Positions 10,145-20,575 of a DNA stretch of 64,000 nucleotides are shown one piece after another. Each line of letters begins with the position of its first letter. Positions within the stretch are counted from its first letter, which is position 1. Origin of the DNA: Candidatus Micrarchaeia archaeon (GTDB taxonomy: Archaea; Micrarchaeota; Micrarchaeia; CABMEP01). The notes beneath the pieces were generated by a model. It was not told the DNA's origin. It saw only the letters and a list, made by a program, of their open reading frames with translations, and searched no databases. The position numbers and the translations under genes are program-made. The stretch is taken from the NCBI GenBank assembly GCA_038886535.1, contig JAVZXS010000001.1:214259-278258 (forward strand), written 5' to 3'.

Positions 10145-10159
10145 TTTTTAGTTATTTCT

Positions 10160-10480
10160 TTATTTTTTTAACCTCATTATTGCCTCTGCAACATCACCAT
10201 TACTTTCTTCTAACGCCTTCCTTGCGGTTTCTTCATCTACTCCCGCTTGATTAGATACTAATTCTATATCTTCTTTTGACACCATCATTTCTTCTTTTAT
10301 TTCTTCAGCACTTATCTGGAAAGAGATATCTCCTTTTGCATTTATCTTTATTATTTTTGGATTGTTAAGAATTATCTTTTTGTCATCCTGTTCAATTATA
10401 ACTCGATTTGCAGATATTTCTTCCGTATCAATTCCCATCTGTTTCATCATTCTTTGAAGTTGTCTTGGATCTATTTGCAT
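10160..10480 (-). CDS. nac: nascent polypeptide-associated complex protein
   Basis: PRQLQRMMKQMGI; C-terminal UBA-like EDIELV...GDVAEAIMRL. Confidence 0.95.
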   Translation of the reverse strand: MQIDPRQLQRMMKQMGIDTEEISANRVIIEQDDKKIILNNPKIIKINAKGDISFQISAEEIKEEMMVSKEDIELVSNQAGVDEETARKALEESNGDVAEAIMRLKK

Positions 10481-10558
10481 ATAATCACTTGCTTATAAAT
10501 TATTTATGAAGGTTAAAAAACTTTTACTCTTATTTATATAGTATCAATTCTTTTTGTT

Positions 10559-10629
10559 GCCAGGTTGGCAGAGCGGCGATGCACCCGCCTGCAGAGCGGG
10601 AAAGGGGGGTTCGACTCCCTCACCTGGCT
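10559..10629 (+). tRNA. tRNA-Cys(GCA), CCA not encoded
   Basis: GCCAGGT/ACCTGGC acceptor stem, CCCGC CT GCA GA GCGGG anticodon arm, GGTTCGACTCC, U73. Confidence 0.95.
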
Positions 10630-10672
10630 TTTTCTTCTTGTAAGTTACTCAATTTATTCTATAGGTTTAGTT

Positions 10673-10996
10673 ATGGAAAAAGAGATGAATCACGTTTCAA
10701 ACAAAATAAAAGCTAGAATAATAGTTTCTGGTTCTGTTCAGGGCGTAGGATACCGATTTAGGACAGCAAGGCAAGCTCGAAAATTAGGAATAAGAGGTTT
10801 TGTAAGAAATCTAGATAATAATGATGTTGAGATTTTTTGTGAAGCCGATTCAAAGGAGCAGTTCGATGAATTTATAAGACAGATTTCTTTGAATGAATTT
10901 TTAATAGTAGTCGAAGAAGTTAAGGTTTTCTTTCCTTCAGATAAAAATTATATCGATTATAAGTTAAAAGAAGATCTATTCTACATTGAATACTGA
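10673..10996 (+). CDS. acyP: acylphosphatase
   Basis: VSGSVQGVGYR and GFVRN motifs; start moved downstream of tRNA-Cys. Confidence 0.9.
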   Translation: MEKEMNHVSNKIKARIIVSGSVQGVGYRFRTARQARKLGIRGFVRNLDNNDVEIFCEADSKEQFDEFIRQISLNEFLIVVEEVKVFFPSDKNYIDYKLKEDLFYIEY

Positions 10997-11016
10997 TTTT
11001 TTTTAATTATAATACC

Positions 11017-11031
11017 CGAAAAGTTTTTATA
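11017..11031 (+). promoter_or_regulatory. putative BRE-TATA promoter
   Basis: CGAAAAGTTTTTATA; similar motifs at 24655, 53027 and 56527. Confidence 0.55.
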
Positions 11032-11079
11032 TGTGTTTTGTTTCTTTATCAGTGTTATTTAAATTTTAGTGGTGGTAAG

Positions 11080-11916
11080 ATGGAAAACTTTAAAAAGGTA
11101 AAAGAGGAGAGATCTGAAAAAGAGATTGAATCATTTAAAGACATGAAAAAAGATGACATCTCTAAAATAGAGGATTATGATGAAAAAAGAGATCAAAAGC
11201 TGTGGGACTTCTATTACGCAATTGTAGACAATGATATAAAAACGATAAAGGAATTTTTAAAGGAAGGTTTTAGTCCTAATGAAGAACTTCCATTTCCATC
11301 AGAAAATACAGTATTCTTTGAATCCCTTCCTTATGTGTCTTTGGAAGCACTTGAAATTCTGTACAATCATGGAGCACAAGTTGTAGAATATGATTCTGAC
11401 GGAAACGTTTTTCATACAGCTTTTCAAGAATTGATAGCTTTAGACAGACCCGAAATAATTGAAAAATTGATTGATTTAGGTGCAGATTGGAAGGTTAAGA
11501 ATTTGGGTTGCTCAATGTTATATTATGCATCTAGCTCCGCAAGTTCTCTAAAGGTATTTCTTGAGAAAACAGATCTTGATGTAAACGAAGAAGCAGAAGA
11601 TGGCACTACCCCAATTTACATGGCAGCTGTTCATCATGATAGAGATGCAATTAAGATGCTATTAGAACACGGTGCTTTAATAAACAAACAAGATAAAAAT
11701 GGATTCACTGCTTTGCACCATATCTTCAAATCTGATGATTTAAGAGATGAAAACAAAAGAATAGAAGCGATTAGGCTACTTCTTGAAAATGGCGCAGATC
11801 CAAATATAAAATCAAATGAAGGCAAAACACCTCTTGATTATGCTATCGAAAATAAGTTTCTAGAAGAGGCAGAGGTTTTGCGAAATAAAGGCGCAAAATT
11901 AGGGAAAGAAATCTAA
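11080..11916 (+). CDS. ankyrin-repeat protein
   Basis: GTTPIYMAA...LLEHGA, GFTALHH...LLENGADPN, GKTPLDYA repeats; GGTGG SD. Confidence 0.93.
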   Translation: MENFKKVKEERSEKEIESFKDMKKDDISKIEDYDEKRDQKLWDFYYAIVDNDIKTIKEFLKEGFSPNEELPFPSENTVFFESLPYVSLEALEILYNHGAQVVEYDSDGNVFHTAFQELIALDRPEIIEKLIDLGADWKVKNLGCSMLYYASSSASSLKVFLEKTDLDVNEEAEDGTTPIYMAAVHHDRDAIKMLLEHGALINKQDKNGFTALHHIFKSDDLRDENKRIEAIRLLLENGADPNIKSNEGKTPLDYAIENKFLEEAEVLRNKGAKLGKEI

Positions 11917-11967
11917 TTTTTCTATCATCTTTTTATATTTTTTTGCTCATTTTTTATTTGTGATCCT

Positions 11968-13383
11968 ATGCTAGTTTATAATACATTATCAAGAAAACTT
12001 GAGCATTTCAAACCTTTGGAAGATAATCATGTAAAAATGTATTGTTGTGGCCCAACTGTATATAACTATGCTCATCTAGGAAATCTTCGTGCATTTACAT
12101 TTTATGATGTAGTAAGAAGAACTTTAATCCATAAAGGATACAAACTCACTTTTGTGATGAATCTTACAGATGTCGACGATAAAACAATAAAAGGTTCGCA
12201 GCAGGAGGGAATCTCTCTAAAAGAATTTACAGAAAGATACATCCAAATTTTCTTTAAGGATCTTGAGACATTGAACATAAAGAAAGCAGATATCCATCCA
12301 AAGGCTACAGAACATATAAAAGAGATGGTAAATCTAATAAAAAGGTTGATGAATCTTGGAATTGCATACAAAGGCGCAGACGGTTCAATATATTATAAAG
12401 TTTCTGCATTTAAAGAATACGGTAAACTTTCTCATATGGATATTTCACAGCTTAAGGCAGGGGCCAGTGGAAGAGTAAGTGCAGACGAATATGCAAAAGA
12501 CCAAGTTTTTGATTTTGCACTATGGAAGGCATGGACTCCTGAAGATGGAGATGTTTATTGGGATACTGAAATAGGAAGAGGGAGACCTGGTTGGCATATA
12601 GAATGTTCAGCAATGTCAATGAAGTACCTAGGAGAGTCTTTTGATATACATTGTGGGGGAGTCGATCTGATCTTTCCACACCATGAAAATGAGATTGCAC
12701 AGTCAGAGGGAGCAACAGGAAAGCCATTTGTAAAATATTGGCTACATAATGCACATATTCTCATAAATGGTCAAAAGATGTCAAAGTCATTAGGTAATTT
12801 CTGGACCCTTAAAGATGTTCTTGATAAGGGAGTAAAGCCAGAAGCAGTTAGATTCCTATTCATTTCATCCCACTATAGGGAACAATTAAATCTCTCAATG
12901 GAAGCACTCGAAGCTGCACAGAATTCAGTCAATAGGATTTTTGAATTCATGCGAAACCTTGATCGAGTAAAGAATGAATATAATAATCCAGATGTAAAGC
13001 AAATTATAGAAGACGCAAAGAATAAATTTGATATGGCATTGGAAAATGATTTCAATACTCCTCAAGCAATCGCAATAGTATTTGATTTTATCAAAGAAAT
13101 AAATATTCTTATGAATGAAAAATTATTAGGAATCGATAATGCAAGAGAAGTAAAGAAGGCAATGTTTTATTTCGATGAGGTTTTAGGAATCCTTGACTAT
13201 ATGAAGAAAAAAGAAGAACAACTTCCTATTCCAAAGGAAGAAATTGAAAGATTAATACAAGAAAGAAATGAGGCAAGGAAGCAAAAAGATTTTGCTAAGG
13301 CAGATGAAATAAGAAATAAGCTTAAAGAAAAGGGAATCCTGCTTGATGATACTAAAGAAGGAACAGTTTGGAAACTCGCTTAA
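11968..13383 (+). CDS. cysS: cysteine--tRNA ligase
   Basis: [33 protein letters not shown]. Confidence 0.98.
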   Translation: MLVYNTLSRKLEHFKPLEDNHVKMYCCGPTVYNYAHLGNLRAFTFYDVVRRTLIHKGYKLTFVMNLTDVDDKTIKGSQQEGISLKEFTERYIQIFFKDLETLNIKKADIHPKATEHIKEMVNLIKRLMNLGIAYKGADGSIYYKVSAFKEYGKLSHMDISQLKAGASGRVSADEYAKDQVFDFALWKAWTPEDGDVYWDTEIGRGRPGWHIECSAMSMKYLGESFDIHCGGVDLIFPHHENEIAQSEGATGKPFVKYWLHNAHILINGQKMSKSLGNFWTLKDVLDKGVKPEAVRFLFISSHYREQLNLSMEALEAAQNSVNRIFEFMRNLDRVKNEYNNPDVKQIIEDAKNKFDMALENDFNTPQAIAIVFDFIKEINILMNEKLLGIDNAREVKKAMFYFDEVLGILDYMKKKEEQLPIPKEEIERLIQERNEARKQKDFAKADEIRNKLKEKGILLDDTKEGTVWKLA

Positions 13384-13458
13384 TCTATATTTTCGTTTTT
13401 TCGTTAGTTGCCGAATAGAGATAGAAATATTTATATATTTCATCTGATTGTTTTAATC

Positions 13459-14646
13459 ATGGGAATGTGGGAGTTCTTTAAGAAGAGAAAGGAACAAGAA
13501 AGATTAGACAAGAAAGATAGAGATCCATTCCAGAATAGGATTTCAGATTCAACTAATTTCAATACTAATTACTATAATTTCGGCGTACCAAAAGAAGAGA
13601 GATATTATTTTTCAAATAATATTCCAACTCCAGAACAGATTGATTCTGTCAACTTAAATATACCGATAGATATTTCTAAAATGATAACCACATCTTCAAC
13701 TCTTGATCATAGGATAGGTTCTATGATCCTTTCAAATATATTTTTAATTCCAAAAAATATGAAGAGAGTAGAAGATTCTTGGCCTTATTATCATGAAAAC
13801 ATTGAGACTAATAAGAAAATTCAGATAGAACTTATGGAAAGAAAAGCAAAGGAAGATCTAATTGCATTGAAGGGTAAGGGAAAGAAAGTAAGAAATCAAT
13901 TCTATCAATTATTAAGAGAAAAAAGAGAGATCATGAATAACTATTATGAAGAATATTTAAAGATATTAAGTTCAAATATACAGAAAATAAGAGTAGAAAT
14001 AATACCTATTGAAAAAGAAATTTCAGAATCAAAATACAAACTTAATGATATAAAACAGAAATTGAATGGAAATCGGGTAATGCAGTTGGAAAAGATCAAA
14101 GAATATAACCAGCTTTTAGATTCAAATGTTAAATCACTCACAAAAATAAAAGATGCCGTTAAAAATATTCTTTCTTTAAAGAAATTATGGCAGGCAGCAC
14201 ATATAGTTGCATCATATATAGTTGCATTTTTCGGTGCAACTGAATTGGTCAAGACAGAACAATTTAAATTATTTATCAAAGACAAACTAGCAAAATTTTC
14301 ATTAGTTGGCGACTTTATATCAGCTAACTTTACCATAGTACAAGGTCTTGCTGCCGCATTAATCTTTTTAGTTACAGTTGGCATGTATGATAAATTTGTA
14401 ATCGATTATCTAAAGAGAAGAGCTATTAAAAGAGAAATAAATGAATTAGCAAAGAAAGAAAGGGAATATACAGAGGAACTTAATTCTATCGAACAAAAGA
14501 TATCAGTACTAAAAGAAGAGAGAAATAATAAAGTAAAGTTAGAGATTCAAAGGACTGAACAAGATCTTGAATTTCTTTATGAAGAATACAAATCTCAAAT
14601 GTCAGATATCCAAAAGCAGATGTCAGTGTTATTAAAAGAAGAATAG
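13459..14646 (+). CDS. hypothetical coiled-coil protein with two TM segments
   Basis: long K/E-rich heptad regions flanking two hydrophobic segments. Confidence 0.7.
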   Translation: MGMWEFFKKRKEQERLDKKDRDPFQNRISDSTNFNTNYYNFGVPKEERYYFSNNIPTPEQIDSVNLNIPIDISKMITTSSTLDHRIGSMILSNIFLIPKNMKRVEDSWPYYHENIETNKKIQIELMERKAKEDLIALKGKGKKVRNQFYQLLREKREIMNNYYEEYLKILSSNIQKIRVEIIPIEKEISESKYKLNDIKQKLNGNRVMQLEKIKEYNQLLDSNVKSLTKIKDAVKNILSLKKLWQAAHIVASYIVAFFGATELVKTEQFKLFIKDKLAKFSLVGDFISANFTIVQGLAAALIFLVTVGMYDKFVIDYLKRRAIKREINELAKKEREYTEELNSIEQKISVLKEERNNKVKLEIQRTEQDLEFLYEEYKSQMSDIQKQMSVLLKEE

Positions 14647-14679
14647 CAAAAAATGTATAACAAAACTTTTATGCTTTGA

Positions 14680-15765
14680 TTAGATTTCAATATAGTCACT
14701 TATTTTTACTTCAGAAACATCTTTTTTCTTATTTTTATTTTTTAAATTAGAGATTTTTAACCCAATAAGTCTAATCTTTTTTTCAAATGGATAAAATTCA
14801 GATAATAGATTCAATCCTATTTTCTTTATATCCTCTTTTCTTTTTGAATACTGATCTAAAGTTATACTTCTTGTATGCGTTTCAAATCCTTTGAATCTCA
14901 CTTTCAAAGTAACAGTTTTGAATTCTACATTCTCTTTTATACATTCATCTTGTAATTCACTACATATGGCATCAATCACTTCAACTATCTCATCCATATT
15001 ATCAGTATCTTTTTCAAAAGTATGTTCTCTGCTAAAAGATTTTGGAGAGTATTCAGTTATCAATTCAGAATCATCAATTCCTCTTGCATAATAATATACA
15101 TCTTCTCCAAATTTACCTAGCCATTCTTTTAATGTTAATTTACTAATCATCTTTAAGTCAGAGATCGTTTCTATATTTCTCTCTTTAAGAAATTCACTTG
15201 TCTTAGGTCCTATTCCAGGAATAACTCGCACGTTTAATGGATTTAAGAATTCGTCAACTTCATTTGGTTTTACTATAGTTAAACCATCTGGCTTATTGTA
15301 ATCAGATGCAATTTTTGCAATTAATTTATTTGGTCCTATTCCGATCGAACAAGTTAAGCCCATTTTTCTTATTTCGTTTTTTATATTTTCTGTAATTTTC
15401 TTAGCATCTTCGTAATCGCCCGCGTGGCTTATATCAATATATGCTTCATCTATACTTGCTATTTCAATCTTGTTGCTGAATTTTTGCAATAATCTCATTA
15501 CTTTATCTGAAATCTCTAAGTAGTATTCAAAGTCAACTGGAAGAAATATACATTGCGGACATTTACGATAAGCGATAGAGATAGGCATTCCTGATTTAAT
15601 TCCGAATTTTCTTGCTTCATAAGAGGCAGTGCTCACGACACCTCTTCCTTTTCCTCCTTTTGGATCTGCACCTACGATTATAGGCTTTCCTTTGAGCTCT
15701 GGTCTTCTCAATACTTCACATGCTGTAAAGAAACTATCCATATCTATATGCGCTATTATACGCAT
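14680..15765 (-). CDS. dinB: DNA polymerase IV (Y family)
   Basis: HIDMDSFF, STASYEAR, SIDEAY, NKLIAKIASD..KPDG. Confidence 0.97.
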   Translation of the reverse strand: MRIIAHIDMDSFFTACEVLRRPELKGKPIIVGADPKGGKGRGVVSTASYEARKFGIKSGMPISIAYRKCPQCIFLPVDFEYYLEISDKVMRLLQKFSNKIEIASIDEAYIDISHAGDYEDAKKITENIKNEIRKMGLTCSIGIGPNKLIAKIASDYNKPDGLTIVKPNEVDEFLNPLNVRVIPGIGPKTSEFLKERNIETISDLKMISKLTLKEWLGKFGEDVYYYARGIDDSELITEYSPKSFSREHTFEKDTDNMDEIVEVIDAICSELQDECIKENVEFKTVTLKVRFKGFETHTRSITLDQYSKRKEDIKKIGLNLLSEFYPFEKKIRLIGLKISNLKNKNKKKDVSEVKISDYIEI

Positions 15766-15776
15766 TTTTTCATCCT

Positions 15777-16379
15777 TTATCTAATCGCCTTTAGAATTCT
15801 TTGTATTGCACTTATATTAGATAAGATCGCGAGTATTATAATTAAATACTGAAAAATAGTCACATTAAACTGTGCTATAATTAAACTTAAAGTGTAAAGT
15901 CCTACTCTCTCAGCTCTTTCAAGTATTCCGCCTCTAAGTTCCTTTTTTAACTTCTTTTCTGCTGCAGCTGATTTTACATATGTAGTTATCATAGATCCAA
16001 ATAAAAACAAAAAGATCCACGCTTGAAAATCAAATATGATAGGTTGCCACTGGATAAATACGAGTGGAAATATAAAGAGAAATTCATTATACCTGTCAAC
16101 TACAGTATCTAAAAACGCACCGAATCTAGTAACTTTTTTAGTTTTCCTTGCAACTGCACCATCAATCAAATCTATTAAGCCAGAAACAGTTATTAAAAAT
16201 GCACCAACTAAAAAATATCTATTGATTATGGAAAGAAATGCTGTAATTGCAACAGCTAGAGATGCAATAGTCCAAGTGTTTGGAGATATATTTAATTTTG
16301 CAAAATTTATTCCTATCCATTCTCTAATTTTTTTAAGTGTTTTATTTTCAGATTTTTCAAAAAGCATTTTATCACTCAT
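15777..16379 (-). CDS. CDP-alcohol phosphatidyltransferase (archaetidyl/phosphatidylinositol-phosphate synthase-like)
   Basis: SPN..T, DLIDGAVAR...GAFLDTVVDR signature, ERAER; start uncertain. Confidence 0.9.
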   Translation of the reverse strand: MSDKMLFEKSENKTLKKIREWIGINFAKLNISPNTWTIASLAVAITAFLSIINRYFLVGAFLITVSGLIDLIDGAVARKTKKVTRFGAFLDTVVDRYNEFLFIFPLVFIQWQPIIFDFQAWIFLFLFGSMITTYVKSAAAEKKLKKELRGGILERAERVGLYTLSLIIAQFNVTIFQYLIIILAILSNISAIQRILKAIR

Positions 16380-16465
16380 ATAACTAATAACATTCATTAA
16401 GATAGTGTTCACTAGAAATGAAGTTAGAAAAGAAATATAAAATGTTTCTTGTAAGAATTAATCTA

Positions 16466-16529
16466 GTGATGATACGAGGTATTGCTGAGCTGCAATTTTG
16501 CAAGCCGTGAAGATAAGAGGATAAGCTGA
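16466..16529 (+). ncRNA. box C/D guide sRNA
   Basis: C GTGATGA (16466-72), 12-nt guide, D' CTGA (16485-88), hairpin, C' GTGAAGA (16507-13), 12-nt guide, D CTGA (16526-29). Confidence 0.8.
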
Positions 16530-16568
16530 TCTTTAAAATCCTCTTGAATATCTCATGTGTGTGGGAAA

Positions 16569-17591
16569 ATGATCGATTTAAAAAAGTTAGATCAACTTAG
16601 ATTTGCTGCTAGATATCCATTTTCAAAAACAGCAAAACAGATTCTATCACAGGGCAGCTTTAAGATTGATTATGAAAAAATCCAATTTGCAAAGAAACGC
16701 GTAATGGAAGCTCTTTTTGAGGATAAAGTTTCAGTTTTGGTAATCGGAGATGAATCACTCTATGAGAAATATCTTGTTTCATATCCACTATCAAGAATGA
16801 TAATTTCACTTTTCGATTCACAAATAAGAAATAAGTTCATAAACAATGAAGTCAAGCGTGCATTAGCAAATATAACTGCAGATAATGATGACTATATTGA
16901 AGAAGCTAAAAGAGTTGCAAGAGATATGGATATAGAATTGGATGGTTTAAAGATATCTGTAGAGAAATATCTTCTCTATGTTCCCAAAACAGAAGAAGGA
17001 AGACTAGTTTTTCAAAATCTCAAGGATGGAATGGTATTACTAAATGAAGCTACATTCATGTCCTTTATTTCAGAAGTTATACGGCAAAACATAGAATCAG
17101 GTATCCCAATTCCAAAAGAGAATTTTCCTAAAGAGATATTGAGCGATATAGAACAGGTAGCAAAGGAAATAGAGGCAGAGGTTAACAGAAGAAGAGAGGC
17201 AAAGGAAAAAGTAGCAGTTATGTTTGCGAAGTCTACAGGAGAAATAGCTCCGTGTATGGCTAAGATTTTAGAAAGAGCGAGAAATGGAGAAAATCTTCCA
17301 CATTTTGCAAGAGTTGCGATCGCATCTTATCTGCTTAAGAGAGGGAAATCTATAGATGAAGTAGTTGAAGTGTTTACCAATACCCCAAACTTTGATGAGA
17401 AGATAGCTAGATACCAGGTTGAGTTTATAGCAAAGAAGGGTTATAATCCGCCTTCATGTCAGACGATGGAATCGTATGGTTTGAGACTTCCAGAATGTGG
17501 TTGCCTTGGTGAAAAAGGGCATAAGAACCCAATTCAATACGGTACAAGATTAATTAAAACAAGCAGATTAAGAACAAGTAAGAGGTCTTAG
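16569..17591 (+). CDS. priL: DNA primase large subunit
   Basis: RYPF, APCM...LPHFAR, YQVEFI, YNPPSC Fe-S domain. Confidence 0.92.
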   Translation: MIDLKKLDQLRFAARYPFSKTAKQILSQGSFKIDYEKIQFAKKRVMEALFEDKVSVLVIGDESLYEKYLVSYPLSRMIISLFDSQIRNKFINNEVKRALANITADNDDYIEEAKRVARDMDIELDGLKISVEKYLLYVPKTEEGRLVFQNLKDGMVLLNEATFMSFISEVIRQNIESGIPIPKENFPKEILSDIEQVAKEIEAEVNRRREAKEKVAVMFAKSTGEIAPCMAKILERARNGENLPHFARVAIASYLLKRGKSIDEVVEVFTNTPNFDEKIARYQVEFIAKKGYNPPSCQTMESYGLRLPECGCLGEKGHKNPIQYGTRLIKTSRLRTSKRS

Positions 17592-17599
17592 GTGTTTTT

Positions 17600-18748
17600 A
17601 TGGATGAAGAAACATTTATAACAGAGAAGTTTAGACATTATTATTCTAATCATTGGACAAAAGCACCAAAAAAAATTCATAATAGAGAGTTTGGCTTTGG
17701 AGGTTGGTCTAAAAAGATTGAATCAAGACATTATTCATTTTCAAGCGAAAAGGAACTAAATGCTTATTTGGGAAGAAACGCACCACTTTTTATTTCATAT
17801 TCGGAGGCGTATTATAAGTATCCGGCAGCTAGACCTATCGAAAAGAAGGAGTGGATTCAAGGTGATTTGGTTTTTGATATAGATGCAAATGAATTAGGAA
17901 TGTCATGTACTGAGAAGCATGGTAAAGAATGGGTTTGCGAAAAATGTATGGATAGAGCTAAGGAATGTGCATTACGATTGATCGATGATTTTCTTGTGAA
18001 AGATTTCAACATACCAAAAGAAGAGATAGAAGTTAATTTTAGTGGAAACAGAGGTTATCATATCCATATATCAACGAGGTTTCAATCGTTAAAGACGTAT
18101 GGGAGAAAAGAAATCGCAGATTATGTTAATGCCAACGGTTTGGAGTATGAACGTTTCTTTTATCCAGATCCAATTCATAAACGAATCATAGGTCCAAAAG
18201 TAACAGATGGTGGTTGGAAAGGAAGAATTGCAAATTTTGTAGTTAAGCATATAAAAGAAAGATCTCTTGAAAAAATAGGAATTCATAAAAAAACTGCTGA
18301 AAGATTTTATTCAAGAGTTGATGCAGCAGAACAAATATCAAATGGAAACTGGGAGGCAGTTTATGTATCAGATAAGAAGAAGTTCTTTTCTCAGATTGTT
18401 GAGGCGATAAAGAAGGACCAGGCTGCATTTGTAGACGAAGGAGTAACATTTGACACAAGTAAGCTTATAAGAATGCCAGATAGTATTCACGGAGAAACTG
18501 GCTTACTCGCACAGAGATTCGATGTAAAGAGTTTTGACAAGTACGATTGGACATCAATGCCAATTATATTTTCAGAAGATCCCATGAAGATTTATGTACA
18601 TTCATGTAAAGAATTCATTCTTAAAAACCAAACATTTGGTCCTTATAATAACCAAGTTGTAGAACTGCCAGAATATGCAGCTATTTATTTAATATGTAAA
18701 AAAGTCGCAGTGCTTCTAGAAAATAAAGACAGACCAATATTTAATTAA
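17600..18748 (+). CDS. priS: DNA primase catalytic subunit
   Basis: REFGF, DLVFDID, FSGNRGYH, VTFD...LIRMPDSIHG. Confidence 0.96.
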   Translation: MDEETFITEKFRHYYSNHWTKAPKKIHNREFGFGGWSKKIESRHYSFSSEKELNAYLGRNAPLFISYSEAYYKYPAARPIEKKEWIQGDLVFDIDANELGMSCTEKHGKEWVCEKCMDRAKECALRLIDDFLVKDFNIPKEEIEVNFSGNRGYHIHISTRFQSLKTYGRKEIADYVNANGLEYERFFYPDPIHKRIIGPKVTDGGWKGRIANFVVKHIKERSLEKIGIHKKTAERFYSRVDAAEQISNGNWEAVYVSDKKKFFSQIVEAIKKDQAAFVDEGVTFDTSKLIRMPDSIHGETGLLAQRFDVKSFDKYDWTSMPIIFSEDPMKIYVHSCKEFILKNQTFGPYNNQVVELPEYAAIYLICKKVAVLLENKDRPIFN

Positions 18749-18805
18749 ATTCTAAATTTAAACTATAGCTTTATTTATTTCAAAGCTTCTTATTTTTGTG
18801 ATAAA

Positions 18806-19431
18806 ATGATTTTTGATCAAAGAAATAGCTCTAATGGATTCTCTGGAAACGATGAAATTTGGAAATAATTTTTCATGCAGTAATGAATAGATAATATCCG
18901 CGTATAAACAGTATAATTATTCACTTGCACAATATGTAAAGAAAGGTCTAATAAGTGAAGATCAAATTCAATTAGTAAGAAATTTATTAAGGAAAAAAGA
19001 TCCTGAATTGGCAAAAAGATTGAAGTGGCAGACATTGTCTTATTTAATTAAAGATTCGAATCCAGGGGTTAGAAGAATTATATCGTATGCACTCAGATCG
19101 TACTCCGATTATGAAAAAGTTAGTCTTATACTAATTAGTTCATTAAAGAGAGAGAAAGATTGGATTGTGAAGGAAGAAATGATAAATTCTCTATCTGAGG
19201 CATGTTTAAAATTTGAAAAAGAGAATCAAATAAGAGAAGAAATCGAACTTTTTATAACCCATTTTCTTTTAGATAAGCGCCACGTTATTTGGATTGCGTC
19301 TAGTGAGGCAGTTTCAAACCTAAAAATAATAGAAGCAAAAACTCAATTAGAACCAATTTCAATTAGATCCTGTATTGAGTGTTAGAGAGAAAGCATTGAA
19401 TGTTTTGCAAGATCTTATAGATAAAAAGTAA
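18806..19431 (+). pseudogene. HEAT-repeat protein pseudogene
   Basis: 5' segment in one frame stops at 18866-68; main frame has TAG at 18888; HEAT-like DSNPGVRR and EKDWIVK; final repeat LDPVLSVREKAL lies in another frame ending TAA 19429-31. Confidence 0.65.
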
Positions 19432-19559
19432 GATGATAATTTCTAAGTTACAGTTAATTATTGTGAATAGTTGAACAACCTAAAGTAATAATTAATATAT
19501 ATTTCTATTTAATTTAATTTTACTTTCCTATAAGATTTTCTTATCTTTAAGATGATTAT

Positions 19560-20108
19560 ATGGAAGAACTTACTTATGATGAACTTATGAGAATACATGC
19601 AAGAGAAAAAGGTTCGAGGCTTTCAGCTATACCTTCAAATTTCTATCAACTTGCAGGAAGATTGCTTGCATCTTATGATAAATCCGATCCAAGTGGGATG
19701 AGAGAATATAATAATGTATTGAAAATGATAAAGTACATTTATCAGAGAAGATTGGAGAAGATATTTAATTATATTCTTAGTTATGATAAGGAAATTGAAC
19801 TTCCTCCAGAAATGCTCGATAGAGAAAGAGAGATATATAATCAAATAGTTCCAATTATTAAAAAATTCAACAGTGAAACAGATCATGAGCTAGTTTGTCA
19901 GAAAAAAGAGTGCAATGATACAGAACAATTATCGGTTTTAAAGGCAAAGAGTAATAAGTTGAAGATAATACTTCTTAAAGATGTAGATGAGTTTGTAAGT
20001 GCCAACGGTTCAGTAATAGGTCCTTTTAAGCAACAAACAGAAGTAGAATTGACATATGAAGATGCAGAAATGTTAATTCAAATAGGGGTAGCTAAAAGGG
20101 TGGAATAA
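19560..20108 (+). CDS. GINS subunit (Gins15/51)
   Basis: LSAIPSNFY, RRLEKI, C-terminal beta domain with EF...IGPF; position in the priS-gins-rpl44e cluster. Confidence 0.85.
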   Translation: MEELTYDELMRIHAREKGSRLSAIPSNFYQLAGRLLASYDKSDPSGMREYNNVLKMIKYIYQRRLEKIFNYILSYDKEIELPPEMLDREREIYNQIVPIIKKFNSETDHELVCQKKECNDTEQLSVLKAKSNKLKIILLKDVDEFVSANGSVIGPFKQQTEVELTYEDAEMLIQIGVAKRVE

Positions 20109-20258
20109 GATTCTACCACTAAAAATGCTAAGTCTAGCAAATCTGCTGATATACCAATATTTTTATATTTATATGTAAATATTAATATAACAATCTCCTA
20201 ATTGTGAACATTTCACTATGGAATTGTTGTATTTTTGCTACTTAAAGGAGCTGATATT

Positions 20259-20546
20259 ATGAAGATGGTTGATACGATTAGAACATATTGTCCAAGTTGT
20301 AATAAACATACCACACAAAAGGTTAAGCTTTACAAGAAAGGAAAGCAATCACCTTTTTCAGTAGGTCAGGCAAGATACGACAGAAAACTTACAGGTTATG
20401 TAGGTAAGGTCAAGGGTAAGAAATCTGTTAAGAAAATGGGTAAACATCAGAAAGTGATTCTTGAATGTACCGAATGCAAGAAGAAACAAGAGAGAGTAAT
20501 TGGGACAAGAACAAGAAAAGTCCTTGAGATAACCAAGAAAGAATAA
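20259..20546 (+). CDS. rpl44e: ribosomal protein eL42/L44e
   Basis: RTYCPSCNKHT, LECTECKK. Confidence 0.95.
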   Translation: MKMVDTIRTYCPSCNKHTTQKVKLYKKGKQSPFSVGQARYDRKLTGYVGKVKGKKSVKKMGKHQKVILECTECKKKQERVIGTRTRKVLEITKKE

Positions 20547-20575
20547 TGGTTATTTCACACTTTTGAGGTGGTATA

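Noticed and set aside
10565..10672. N-terminal extension of acylphosphatase in the ORF track
   Set aside because: Runs through tRNA-Cys; the true start is downstream
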